Assembly (NCBI GenBank): GCA_000004985.1
Contig: GG738853.1
From: Naegleria gruberi
Taxonomy: Eukaryota
DNA: 64,000 nt
Strand: one strand, 5' to 3'
Part shown: positions 31,163 to 40,908 of the stretch, piece after piece
Numbering within the stretch: the stretch's first letter is position 1
Layout of the letters: every line of letters begins with the position of its first letter
Notes under the pieces: model-generated
The model's database searches: none
The model's input: only the letters and a program-made list of their open reading frames with translations
Told to the model about the DNA's origin: nothing
Position numbers and translations under genes: made by a program

Positions 31163-31692
31163 TTGTTTATTATTAGTTCAACAAACTTTACAAAAAAAAA
31201 AATGGGTAATTTATTTAGTGTTAATCCACCTGCTACTGAGGCACCATCTATACAGCAGGGAAATAGTTCTCATTCAAATTGTATCAATGAACGCATCATC
31301 AACATTCCAGAACATGCAATTACAGTTTCTAGATCTATTTCATTAATTAACTCAATTGGTAGTAAGAATGCATTCCATAGAGAAACACTTCCTGATCTTC
31401 GAGAATTATTCACGAATTGCCTGAAGAAGTTTTAATGATTGAAATCTTTTCCTTTTTACCACTTTCAGAGTTACCTAAATTATTGGTTCTTTCCAAAGAT
31501 TTCGAAAAGAAATTGAAACAACAGGATGAATTATTCTCTCGTTACTTTTTGCAAGCAAGAATTATCAATGAAAGAACATCAAAAAGAATGACCACTTACA
31601 ATGAATTGAAATTGGTAATTGAACAAGAACTCACATTGAAACAAATGACAGAACGTATATCAAGAATGAAAGAATGTAATAAGGTGTTTTAG
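31163..31692 (+). CDS. F-box protein whose reading frame is interrupted by an apparent +1 shift
   Basis: Seen: ORF 31163..31435 (MGNLFSV.., a possible N-myristoylation start) stops at TAA. An overlapping ORF in the +1 frame encodes a clear F-box (LPEEVLMIEIFSFLPLSELPKLLVLSKDF). No GT..AG intron can join the two. Confidence 0.35.
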
Positions 31693-32006
31693 TTAAAATT
31701 GAATCATAGAAAAGAACATTGTAGATCTTATCTATTGAAAATTAAGTGCACACCATAAATGGTCAGTCATACTTTCGAATTGCTTTTAGTCAAAAGTTTC
31801 TAAAAAAGAATAAATTGTCAGCATACTCGCTTTATGGAAGGACCTTGTTATTCTTTCAACAAGAAAAACCAAACAACAACTTCTCTCATAATCTTCCTCT
31901 CTGGTTGCCTGCCTCTACACTTTCGAATAGTTTCCTCCACAATTTTCAAACATAAAGAAAGTTCTCTAACACACAACTTTCATCACACTAAAAGAATAAT
32001 CGAGAA

Positions 32007-35000
32007 ATGTTCATTCCCTTCCTTCTTCAATTCTTTCTGTGTTGGTTTGTTGTGTGGTGTGTTCAGACTTTTCTCCCGCCACCCGACAAGACTCCAAACA
32101 ACACTTCCTCTACTGTAAATAATAATTATCAACAACACAAAGAAAACAACACGAAGGAATTACATAGAAATGATGAAGGAAAGTTATTGTTTTTGTGTGA
32201 GTTGAGAGAGACGAGGGAGGCTTTGCAAAAGGATTTGGAGGAATTAATTAATACTAATAATAATAATATTCATCATGATGATGATGATGACGATAATTTA
32301 GTAATACAAAAAGAAGAGGATAATGTAGAATTAATATCTAAATTATCAAATAGTGATGAGAAGGAAATATTAATGGAATGTAAAGAAGAATTCGGATTGG
32401 AGACAATTAGTAATGTAATTCAAGACGATCATCATTCTAGTCTTCAAAATACTACTACTGAAGACGAAGAAAAACTTGCCGAATTTATTCAGGCCATCAT
32501 TCATGCTCATGACAGCAATAGACACCTACGAAACCAATATCATTCCATTGAATTGATCGGACAAGTGTGTAGGAATTATTTGGAAAGGAAGGAACACGAT
32601 CAAGAAAGAAACAGTCTCACCAATTTACAATCATTGATTAAAAGAAGATTTAATCAACAGGTTATGAAGAGTGATTTGGAAAAACTAAACTTAGTGACGG
32701 GTTTTTTGCATTCCAAGCAGATACAGTATCGTATTGCTGAGGAGATTGTCATGTTGAGAATGATTCAATCAGTCATTAGAGGAAATTCACAATATTGTGA
32801 TTTCAAGAACCAAGTTAATTGTACTGTTATGGTGCAAAGTCGCTGGAAGTCTGCATATTTGAGAAGGGAGTTTGATGAGATGAAAGAAACTTGTCAAACA
32901 GTTCAGAGTTTAACAAGAGGAAGAACTCTAAGAGCTCATTTCACACAATTTGTACAAAATGCTAGTTTTATTCAAGGTATTATCAGAAAATATCAAACTA
33001 ACAAGCTTGTCAAGGATAATTTGGCAATTATTGAAGTAATTCAATCTTGTATGATTGGTAGAAATGCAGTGAATTCTTTTGTAAACTCAAAAACTTGTAT
33101 TGAGGCTATTCAAGCATTTTTAATTGGAAAATTAGAAAGAATCAGAACTAAAGAATTGGAACATGAGAAATGTAAAGTGGATTGCACATCCACATTACAA
33201 GCCACAATGAGAGGAAATTTAGTGAAGAGAGAAAAGGAGTTTCAATTATCAGCTGCTGAATGCATTCAAGCAACTATTGTAGGTGCCTTAGAGAGAAAGT
33301 TACTTCATCAAGCTTTAACAGAGCAATCATTCTTAACCGATGTTACTTTAATGCAAAGTTTAATTAGAGGAAAAATCGAACAAGATGCAATTGAAAAATG
33401 TTGGAATTTAGTAATATCACTGCAGAGTTCTTTAAGAGGTTACAAGGAAATACAACAATTCGCAACCTCCTTGCAGTCTACGGAGATTATACAGTCTCTG
33501 GTTAGAGGGGCTTGTGAGAGGAGAAAATACTCAACTGCTGTTCAAAATATTGACACGTTGCAAACCTTTTTCAAAGCTCAAATAATCAGGAGCGAATTAT
33601 CCCAATACCAGAATTCTTCTCTTTTACTAGGAGCTTTCTTTGAGAAACATTCAGCCAAAAGGAAATTCAGAGAAGAGAAGCAATCATTGACAAATATTCA
33701 AGCGATATTGAAAGGACATCTTTCTAGAGAGAACTATGCAAGCTCGATATGCAGTGTAATAACTCTTCAAGTTAATCTCAGATCAGCCCTTACAGCCAGA
33801 GAGGTCAGCAAAGAAATGGACGAAATAACCACAATTCAGGCATTTCAAAGAGGTAGTATCTGCAGAAGAGAAGCATCCTCTAGTTTGGCATCAGTTTACT
33901 ACTTGGGAGGATCAATTATTGGAAAAATTGAACGTTCTACCTTTTTGAAATGTTTATCCTCGGTTTATGATATTCAAGCTTCAATAATTGGCTCTATTAA
34001 AAGAAAGAGATTGAAACATATATACGCTCTAGTAGAAAATATCTTAGCTCTAAGAGAAAGAAAGATTGAAGAAGAGCTTTTGCAAAGCAGTATTCAAAAA
34101 ATTACTATTCTCCAATCTATTGTTAGAAGAAACAATGTCCTTACACCTAACGTTGCATTAACAATACAATCGAATGTCAAGGGATATCTTATCAGAAGAG
34201 AAAAACATGAGGCAACGGAGAACATTAAGACTCTATCAGGCTTTCTTCAATCATCTCAATCAAGAAAGGTCCATCAAAGCAAATTGACACAAATCATTCA
34301 ATTGCAAGCAATTATTCGTGGAAATTTATCTAAAAAGTATAGAGATCAAAGGAAATCTGATCTATTATGTTTACAGGGCTTAATAAGAGGTTATTTGTGG
34401 AGAAATGAATCCTATTTGTATATTCCTAATACTAGCTTGGCAGTTGCTCCAATTTCTGTCACTGAAACCATCAAGAGAATATTTGAAGATGAAATCACAG
34501 AGGATTCATCAGATAGCAGTCCTACTGAAGTTATTCCTCCAACCAGTAGAAGAGTTCCATCGTTTGATGCAGTAACAGGAGGAAGATCTAAACTTTCCCA
34601 ACTTATTAAGGACAAAGTTACAAAGTCACCAGTTCTTGATCTTTCAAATATGAATATCGAATCTCTTCCACCAATAGGAACAGACTGTTATCACATAACG
34701 GATTTGAATCTCTCCAAAAATATGTTAGTAACCTTACCAGAGTGGTTCTGTGACAAGTTTCCGAACCTTAAAAGGTTAAATTTGAGTGGAAACAGATTTT
34801 TCGATACTAACAAGTTACTTTCAGAAAATTTATCACCAATTTCTCAAACTTTAACCTTCCTTGATTTGAGCAAGAATAGATTAGAGTACTTTGAATTGCA
34901 TTACATTGATGAAAATGATAACGTTATGACCACAAATTTCCCAAACCTAACTAGTTTGAATTTGAGTTATAACCAACTTTTGAATGTTTCCAGTGAAATG

Positions 35001-38000
35001 TTTGAGCTCGTCTCTTTAAACAAACTTGAAAATCTAGATCTCTCACATAACCAATTGCTTACTTTTCCTACTTTGAAATCTTCTGATCTATTAAAGAGAT
35101 GGAAGGATTTCAAGGTTATTAATTTGGAACACAATTCTTTCCTCCAATCTGAAATTGGTAAGATATTTTACATGTTCAAAAAGCGTCCAGACTTGTTGAA
35201 ACAATTGAAAGGTCAGCTCTATAAGCGAGGAGCTGCCAAGGAGAGTGAATCAAAGCAAGTAATGGATGATTTGGAAATTAATGCAGAGATTGGCGCTCTA
35301 ATGGAGGAGGAAACTCAAACGGAAATGACAGAAATGGCTTATCATGATCAATTCAAATCCAACCTCACCTCACTAGGAAGTATAAGAACTATCAACACTA
35401 ATAGTGACTATGATTCAGAAGATGATGAATTGATGACTGATAGATCTTTCTACAGCTCTACATCTAATTTATCTTCTGGAGGAATTAGTCCTAGATTTAG
35501 TTCTCCAGCTCTTCCAAGAAAGAACAGAGCTAATTCAGCATCTCCATTCTTGTTAGGTCAAACTCCAAAACATAGCAATAATACAGAAAGTACAGAAGGT
35601 TCACCAAGAACTGATCTGGAAAAAGATACCCCAGAACTAGATTCTCCAAAGACACCAAGATTAGAACTTTTAGGACAACCAAAGCCAATATCAATCAATG
35701 TTTTGACTCCAATATCAGGTCAGGCCAAATATAGCTTTATTCAAGATATTCCAACAGTGCAATCAACAAACACACCAACTACTTTCACTCCTCCTGATTA
35801 CGAAACTAAAACTGTAAATATTCCAAAGCTCAATTTGAACTCAGCTCCATCACCTAATACTCCAAACAATCAATTAACTTTGAATGCTGACAATTTCCTT
35901 TCCGCTCGTTCTGCGTCTTCTGATAATATGAGTACACCTAATTCTTCATTGGCAAGTCCTGTTGTTGAATCTGAAAATTTGATCTTTATTCTCAATACTG
36001 AAGCTCTCAAAGACTCTTTCAAAGATTTCTGCGAAAAGGAACACTCTGGAGAGTCTATCGAATTTTATGATGCTGTTTCTTCATTCAAGAAACTCTCTAA
36101 CCCAGTCGAAGTTAGAGATCTTGCCTGTAATATTTATGATTTATTCATAAATCCAATAGGAAAACACGCCCTTAATATAAATAAGAAACAAATAGATAAG
36201 GTAAAATTGGATCTATTCAAAGAGGATGGAACACTCACAGAAGTGGTTTCAACTGGAACTTTTGATTCTTTATTATATTATGTAAAAATGAATTTGATGG
36301 ATCCTCTGAAAAGATACAAGGCAACAGAGGAATTTAAAAAGTTGGATGAATTTGTCAAGATGCCACCTGTGGATATTCCACTACCAAGACCAAAGTGGGG
36401 CACAGCAAGACATCCACTTTTGAAGGTTGGAGAATCTAAAAAACAATTCAGAAGAAAGAAAATTCCATACCTTTCAACTCCAAAACCTTCCACAACCAAC
36501 AGTAATAACAGTACTAGTGAGGACAGAACACCTACTATTCAAGGAAGTATTTCTCCAATCCCAGAGAGAAAGAGTATCAATATCAAACAGATGAAGAATA
36601 GAATTAACAACCTTATGGAAATTTTACACTCCGAGAGAAAGTACCTCTCGTTTCTCATAGATTTATGGGAAATGTATTACATGCCTCTCGTGGATAACAA
36701 ATATTTGAAAGGAACTGAACAACCTGTTTCTAAAAAGAGAAAATCCACTTCTGAGCCACCAAGCACAAGCGAAGATTCGACTCTCAAAAGAAAAATCTCG
36801 TTCATTGATAAGATTTTCAACAAGCAAAAGAGTTCTTCCTCATTAAAGGATGAAGATAAGAGATTGGTCGGTAAGAAGGATGCTCTCGAGATGTTCCCAG
36901 CCAATTTATTTACCATTATCACTTTCAACAAGAGCTTTTTAGTTTCATTGGAGGAGAGATTTGCACTATACAGCGAGGAGCAAGAAGGTTCAATTATTCC
37001 AAGAATGTACAACATGATGATTGGAGATATATTCGAAAAGAGTATTCCATACTTTAGAATTTATGAAAATTATTTGGAAACTTATGAAAGTTGTATGAAC
37101 AAAATTAGACAAGTCAGAGCTCAAAACAAGGAATTTGACACCTGGATTAAGAAACGTAAATCTCACCCAAGAAGTAGAAATTTGGAAATTAATTCACTAC
37201 TTGTGGTTCCTGTTCAAAGAGTTGTCAGATACAAACTCTTAATTGAAAATCTTATTGAAACAACTGAGGAAGATCATCCAGACCATATTCACTTACTTAA
37301 AGCTCTGGATATGATTGTGGATGTTGCCAACCAACAAAACAATAATATTCGTCTTACTAATAACCGTGTCAAGGTGAGAATGTTGACACAACTCTTTGAT
37401 TTTTATGAACAATTGGGAGCTTCCTCAATTTCTTCAGGAGGTGTTGTAGAAGATAATTTATTAATTAGAGAAGGAGATGTAGAGATTCAAATAATGAAGG
37501 ATGAAAAATCCAGTCCAAAACGATCCTACAAGGTTCAGAGAGCATACCTCTTTACTAATGTCATTATATTTGTGGAAAAAACCAAACAAGTTGACAAACA
37601 AATTACACAAGAAGAAAATACCAAATCATCAGAAAGCTCACAAGGTGAAACAAATACCAATATGGAGTTGAGAAAATCCTCATCGTTCGTTATGAGAAAA
37701 TTAAAGAAGAGTGGATCTGAAAATAACCTTACCAACTCACCACCTATGCACAAGTCAATCAAGGTAGAGAAGAAGCATTTCCGTTTGGAGGATGCCTTTG
37801 TTTCAGGAGGATCAGCACTTACCATTGAAATTCGTTTCACAACACCATCCATTCACTCCCTCAAGTCATATTCAACCAATGATTTGACATCTGTTGGAAA
37901 TTTTAATATTGGATCAACAATCAACTCGGCACGTAGTGCAAAATCATCAAACAGTACAGAAGATATGCCAGATTCTGCCAGAAAACGATCTTTCAGTCTT

Positions 38001-38195
38001 TTTGGGAAATTGACAGGCAAACACAAGAAACAAACCAATATTTCCAAAGATCAAACAGTTGCAGTATTGAGTTTTGATTCCTCTGAATTGAAGAATGAAT
38101 GGCTTTTTGATTTGGAATCATCTATCAAGGAAGCCAAACAACGAGCAGCCAACAAGGCAAGCAAACTCCAAATTTCCTCATCCTTTACAAATTAA
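32007..38195 (+). CDS. Giant signalling protein, 2062 aa: IQ-motif array, leucine-rich repeats, RGS domain, DH (RhoGEF) domain, PH-like region
   Basis: Seen: aa ~170-780 hold about 20 IQ-like repeats (IQxxxRGxxxR, e.g. IQSVIRGNSQ, IQGIIRKYQ, LQATMRGNLVKR). aa ~880-1040 are LRRs (LDLSNMNIESLPP.., LNLSGNRF, LDLSKNRL, LNLSYNQL, LDLSHNQL). aa ~1330-1450 are an RGS domain (SGESIEFYDAVSSFKK, ACNIYDLFINP). aa ~1530-1750 are a DH domain (RINNLMEILHSERKYLSFL, NSLLVVPVQRVVRYKLLIENL). A C-terminal PH-like region follows. There is one continuous ORF. Confidence 0.7.
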   Translation: MFIPFLLQFFLCWFVVWCVQTFLPPPDKTPNNTSSTVNNNYQQHKENNTKELHRNDEGKLLFLCELRETREALQKDLEELINTNNNNIHHDDDDDDNLVIQKEEDNVELISKLSNSDEKEILMECKEEFGLETISNVIQDDHHSSLQNTTTEDEEKLAEFIQAIIHAHDSNRHLRNQYHSIELIGQVCRNYLERKEHDQERNSLTNLQSLIKRRFNQQVMKSDLEKLNLVTGFLHSKQIQYRIAEEIVMLRMIQSVIRGNSQYCDFKNQVNCTVMVQSRWKSAYLRREFDEMKETCQTVQSLTRGRTLRAHFTQFVQNASFIQGIIRKYQTNKLVKDNLAIIEVIQSCMIGRNAVNSFVNSKTCIEAIQAFLIGKLERIRTKELEHEKCKVDCTSTLQATMRGNLVKREKEFQLSAAECIQATIVGALERKLLHQALTEQSFLTDVTLMQSLIRGKIEQDAIEKCWNLVISLQSSLRGYKEIQQFATSLQSTEIIQSLVRGACERRKYSTAVQNIDTLQTFFKAQIIRSELSQYQNSSLLLGAFFEKHSAKRKFREEKQSLTNIQAILKGHLSRENYASSICSVITLQVNLRSALTAREVSKEMDEITTIQAFQRGSICRREASSSLASVYYLGGSIIGKIERSTFLKCLSSVYDIQASIIGSIKRKRLKHIYALVENILALRERKIEEELLQSSIQKITILQSIVRRNNVLTPNVALTIQSNVKGYLIRREKHEATENIKTLSGFLQSSQSRKVHQSKLTQIIQLQAIIRGNLSKKYRDQRKSDLLCLQGLIRGYLWRNESYLYIPNTSLAVAPISVTETIKRIFEDEITEDSSDSSPTEVIPPTSRRVPSFDAVTGGRSKLSQLIKDKVTKSPVLDLSNMNIESLPPIGTDCYHITDLNLSKNMLVTLPEWFCDKFPNLKRLNLSGNRFFDTNKLLSENLSPISQTLTFLDLSKNRLEYFELHYIDENDNVMTTNFPNLTSLNLSYNQLLNVSSEMFELVSLNKLENLDLSHNQLLTFPTLKSSDLLKRWKDFKVINLEHNSFLQSEIGKIFYMFKKRPDLLKQLKGQLYKRGAAKESESKQVMDDLEINAEIGALMEEETQTEMTEMAYHDQFKSNLTSLGSIRTINTNSDYDSEDDELMTDRSFYSSTSNLSSGGISPRFSSPALPRKNRANSASPFLLGQTPKHSNNTESTEGSPRTDLEKDTPELDSPKTPRLELLGQPKPISINVLTPISGQAKYSFIQDIPTVQSTNTPTTFTPPDYETKTVNIPKLNLNSAPSPNTPNNQLTLNADNFLSARSASSDNMSTPNSSLASPVVESENLIFILNTEALKDSFKDFCEKEHSGESIEFYDAVSSFKKLSNPVEVRDLACNIYDLFINPIGKHALNINKKQIDKVKLDLFKEDGTLTEVVSTGTFDSLLYYVKMNLMDPLKRYKATEEFKKLDEFVKMPPVDIPLPRPKWGTARHPLLKVGESKKQFRRKKIPYLSTPKPSTTNSNNSTSEDRTPTIQGSISPIPERKSINIKQMKNRINNLMEILHSERKYLSFLIDLWEMYYMPLVDNKYLKGTEQPVSKKRKSTSEPPSTSEDSTLKRKISFIDKIFNKQKSSSSLKDEDKRLVGKKDALEMFPANLFTIITFNKSFLVSLEERFALYSEEQEGSIIPRMYNMMIGDIFEKSIPYFRIYENYLETYESCMNKIRQVRAQNKEFDTWIKKRKSHPRSRNLEINSLLVVPVQRVVRYKLLIENLIETTEEDHPDHIHLLKALDMIVDVANQQNNNIRLTNNRVKVRMLTQLFDFYEQLGASSISSGGVVEDNLLIREGDVEIQIMKDEKSSPKRSYKVQRAYLFTNVIIFVEKTKQVDKQITQEENTKSSESSQGETNTNMELRKSSSFVMRKLKKSGSENNLTNSPPMHKSIKVEKKHFRLEDAFVSGGSALTIEIRFTTPSIHSLKSYSTNDLTSVGNFNIGSTINSARSAKSSNSTEDMPDSARKRSFSLFGKLTGKHKKQTNISKDQTVAVLSFDSSELKNEWLFDLESSIKEAKQRAANKASKLQISSSFTN

Positions 38196-38580
38196 TAATA
38201 TTATTCAATTTTTCAAAAATTACTATTATTTAATACTATTTACAAAAAAAGAATTTAACAATCATTCTGATGAGTGAAGAGTGCATGATTATGATGTTTT
38301 AAAAAAAGATAGCAAGAACCAAACAATTCCGATTAATAATATGACACCCACTGATATCAAGAAGAGAGTTTGTTGCTCCTTAAATTTGGCATTCTCCACA
38401 TTATTGAAAGCTGTTGAAGAAGCTGAAGACAAAAAGGGAAAACTGTATATTTCCAAGCAGCATCAACAGTAACCTCAACTCCTTATTGCAGCTGAGTTAA
38501 TATATAATACTACAGTAAGCTCAAAAATAGTCAGACGAGCACTAAAAAGCGAAGGCTGAGGCGAGTCTGTAAAAACATCT

Positions 38581-38599
38581 TATAAAAAAACAACTCAAC
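38581..38599 (+). promoter_or_regulatory. Candidate core-promoter element TATAAAAAAACAACTCAAC (copy 1, ~20 nt upstream of the 38621 ATG)
   Basis: Seen: the identical 19-mer recurs at 45781..45799, upstream of another gene. Related AAAAAAACAACTC strings lie upstream of the 44626 and 48588 genes. It is TATA-like. Confidence 0.3.
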
Positions 38600-38620
38600 A
38601 ATAGAGTATAAAATCAAAGT

Positions 38621-39934
38621 ATGATGGGAAGGTTGAGCTATTCTAAGGGCGTACTCTTGATGGCTCTTTTGGTCATTCTCGCTGTGATTGCATGCAGTGA
38701 TAATGTCCATGCTGCTCCAGCTACACCAGCTGATCCAACAAGGAAACAAACAAAGCCAGTTGCAGCTTCCCCAGCCACACCAGCTGCTAAACAAACCAAT
38801 TCATCCATTACGGAAATTTTCACATGTTTTGGAATCAAATCTGATGATAAGAAGGTTTGTAATGGTTTAGGAACTTGTATTGGAAAAGATAAATGTCGTT
38901 GCATGCCTGGAAAAGCTGGTCCAGAATGTAAACACAGTGGCGGTTTACCTCCAAAACCACAACCAAAGATTATCAATTCTCTATCCAAGAATAACTCTAC
39001 AAAGCCAGTAATTAAACCAGCCTCTATTACAGATCCATCCACTAAGAAAAAGGAAATTTTCACATGTTTTGGAATCAAATCTGATGAAAAGAAGGTCTGT
39101 AATGGTAAAGGAACTTGTATTGGAACAGATAAATGTCGCTGCATGCCTGGAAAAGCTGGTCCAGAATGTAAACACAGTGGTGGTTTACCTCCACCAAAAC
39201 CAAAACCCCAACCAAAGATTAAACCAGCCTCTGTTACAGATCCATCCACCAAGAGTAAGGAAATTTTCACATGCTTTGGTATTAAGTCTGACGAAAAGAA
39301 GGTTTGTAATGGTTTAGGAACTTGTATTGGTAAAGATAAATGTCGCTGCATGCCTGGTAAAGCTGGTCCAGAATGTAAGCACAGTGGTGGTTTACCTCCA
39401 AACCCAAAACCACAACCAAAACCACAACCAAAGATTATCAATTCTCCATCCAAGAATAACTCTACAAAGCCAGTAATTAAGCCAGCATCTATTACAGATC
39501 CTTCCACCATTGGTTTACCAATTCCACCAAAACCACAACCAAAACCTTCTCAACAAAAGCGGAAAGAATCTTTAATCAATAACACCATTAAACCTAAAGA
39601 AGTTGAACCAAAGAAGGATATCAAAATAGATGAAAATCCTGAAAAGAAAGAAGACGAAAAGAATAATGAAAAAACAAAAGAGAAGAGTTCACAAAACAAG
39701 AAACTCAAGAGATGTGGAAAGAAAAAGTGCCAGAAGAGAAAGAATAAGAAGGAAACAAATCAAACAACCACCGAAAAGCAAAAGCTTGACACTATTATTA
39801 ATATGATTAGAAAATTGATTGCTTCAAAGAGAAAGCCAAGTCCACAACCAAATCAAACACCTGTTCAATCTGCTAATGGTCAAAAGTCATCTGTAAACAT
39901 TTCCAATATTATTAATGTTGAAAACGAGCATTGA
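38621..39934 (+). CDS. Secreted protein with three tandem EGF-like Cys modules, a Pro/Thr-rich N-terminus and a Lys/Glu-rich C-terminal tail
   Basis: Seen: signal peptide MMGRLSYSKGVLLMALLVILAVIACSDNVHA. The six-Cys module EIFTCFGIKSD(D/E)KKVCNG(L/K)GTCIG(K/T)DKCRCMPGKAGPECKHSGGLPP.KPQPK occurs three times (EGF-like CxC..G..G..C ending). The tail is basic (KKKCQKRKNKKE). Confidence 0.6.
   Translation: MMGRLSYSKGVLLMALLVILAVIACSDNVHAAPATPADPTRKQTKPVAASPATPAAKQTNSSITEIFTCFGIKSDDKKVCNGLGTCIGKDKCRCMPGKAGPECKHSGGLPPKPQPKIINSLSKNNSTKPVIKPASITDPSTKKKEIFTCFGIKSDEKKVCNGKGTCIGTDKCRCMPGKAGPECKHSGGLPPPKPKPQPKIKPASVTDPSTKSKEIFTCFGIKSDEKKVCNGLGTCIGKDKCRCMPGKAGPECKHSGGLPPNPKPQPKPQPKIINSPSKNNSTKPVIKPASITDPSTIGLPIPPKPQPKPSQQKRKESLINNTIKPKEVEPKKDIKIDENPEKKEDEKNNEKTKEKSSQNKKLKRCGKKKCQKRKNKKETNQTTTEKQKLDTIINMIRKLIASKRKPSPQPNQTPVQSANGQKSSVNISNIINVENEH
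38813..39520 (+). repeat. Three near-identical tandem DNA repeats (~207-250 bp units starting 38813, 39053, 39260) encoding the EGF-like modules
   Basis: Seen: the units are over 90% identical at nucleotide level (gaaattttcacatgttttggaatcaaatctgatga.aagaaggt.tgtaatggt..aggaacttgtattgg...gataaatgtcg.tgcatgcctgg.aaagctggtccagaatgtaa.cacagtgg.ggtttacctcc). The repeat also creates a spurious long antisense ORF (38638..39510). Confidence 0.75.
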
Positions 39935-40098
39935 TATTAATAAATATTACTTAACAGGATTGTAAAGTTTGATCCCCATCTTGTAAAATATTAGCAAAAG
40001 AGATGTAGTGGTCTACTGACCGGGGAATTTTCATCATCTCACAAACTTTATTATCACAATTGAGTATATCTTCAATAAACTTTTGTTATTGAAAAAAA

Positions 40099-40908
40099 AT
40101 GCAACACGGCCAAGAGCATCCAGTTTCTCTCTCACTTGTTGATTTTATTTTCTTTCGTGATGAAGATCACTCCACACCATCATTGGAACAATTTCAAACT
40201 CTGATCCGTAATTTCAAGAGGAAAATTAGTGAACCTAGAAGTAGATTTTCCACTAAACAAATCGAAAATTTTGATGATTTACCAATTAAGGAAGAATTAT
40301 TGAGAGGAATTTATGGAAATGGATTGGAAAAAATGTCAGAAATTCAAAAGAAATGCATCTTGCCAATTATTTCATCAGAACCGCCTGTAGATGTACTAGT
40401 TGTGTCTGGAACTGGAACTGGAAAGACATCAAGCTATTGTATTTCAATTATTCAAAGATTGGATACTAGTCGAAAGTTGACTAAACTTTGTCCACAAGCA
40501 ATAGTAATTGTTTCATCGAGGGAATTAGCTTATGGAGTTTCCAGAGTAGTTGAAAATTATGGGAAATATCTGAATGTGAAATCTAAACCTCTAGTTCTCT
40601 CACCAACCAAAGAAATAGATGACAATTGTCATGTGCTTGTAGGAACAGCAGGAATCACGTTGGCTTATCTCAAAAATAGAAAGCTGGATGTTAATCAGTT
40701 GAAAATTCTAATATTTGATGATATAGATGATTCAATATCTGGAAATCAAATTTCATATGACAATATTTGTGACATTTTCAAAAAACTCAAGAAAATTAAT
40801 TTACAAATTTGCATCTATTGTTGTGGAGTGATATCAGAAAAAACACAAGAATTGATTGAAAAAGAGCTTAGAGACCCAGTGATTATTAAACAGGATATTA
40901 GAAAGTGA
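40099..40908 (+). CDS. Truncated, degenerate eIF4A-like DEAD-box domain-1 protein (269 aa, no helicase domain 2)
   Basis: Seen: the Q-motif region FDDLPIKEELLRGIYGNGLEKMSEIQKKCILPII closely matches eIF4A [30 protein letters not shown]. Walker A is VSGTGTGKTSS. Motif Ia is SSRELA (PTRELA) and Ib is GTAGI (GTPGR). Motif II DEAD is IFDDIDD and motif III SAT is CCG. The ORF stops where domain 1 ends (RDPVIIKQ). No downstream exon encodes a domain 2. Confidence 0.55.
   Translation: MQHGQEHPVSLSLVDFIFFRDEDHSTPSLEQFQTLIRNFKRKISEPRSRFSTKQIENFDDLPIKEELLRGIYGNGLEKMSEIQKKCILPIISSEPPVDVLVVSGTGTGKTSSYCISIIQRLDTSRKLTKLCPQAIVIVSSRELAYGVSRVVENYGKYLNVKSKPLVLSPTKEIDDNCHVLVGTAGITLAYLKNRKLDVNQLKILIFDDIDDSISGNQISYDNICDIFKKLKKINLQICIYCCGVISEKTQELIEKELRDPVIIKQDIRK

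Noticed and set aside
31834-32118. 94-aa ORF overlapping the start of the 2062-aa gene in another frame
   Set aside because: It has no motif and low-complexity hydrophobic composition. It is most likely 5' UTR or out-of-frame noise. The long gene's own first 30 residues are also oddly hydrophobic, so its true start may be a downstream Met.
38638-39510. 290-aa minus-strand ORF
   Set aside because: It is antisense to the EGF-repeat gene. It stays open only because the triplicated repeat lacks stops on the opposite strand. The sense strand has a signal peptide and Cys-module logic, and the antisense has none.
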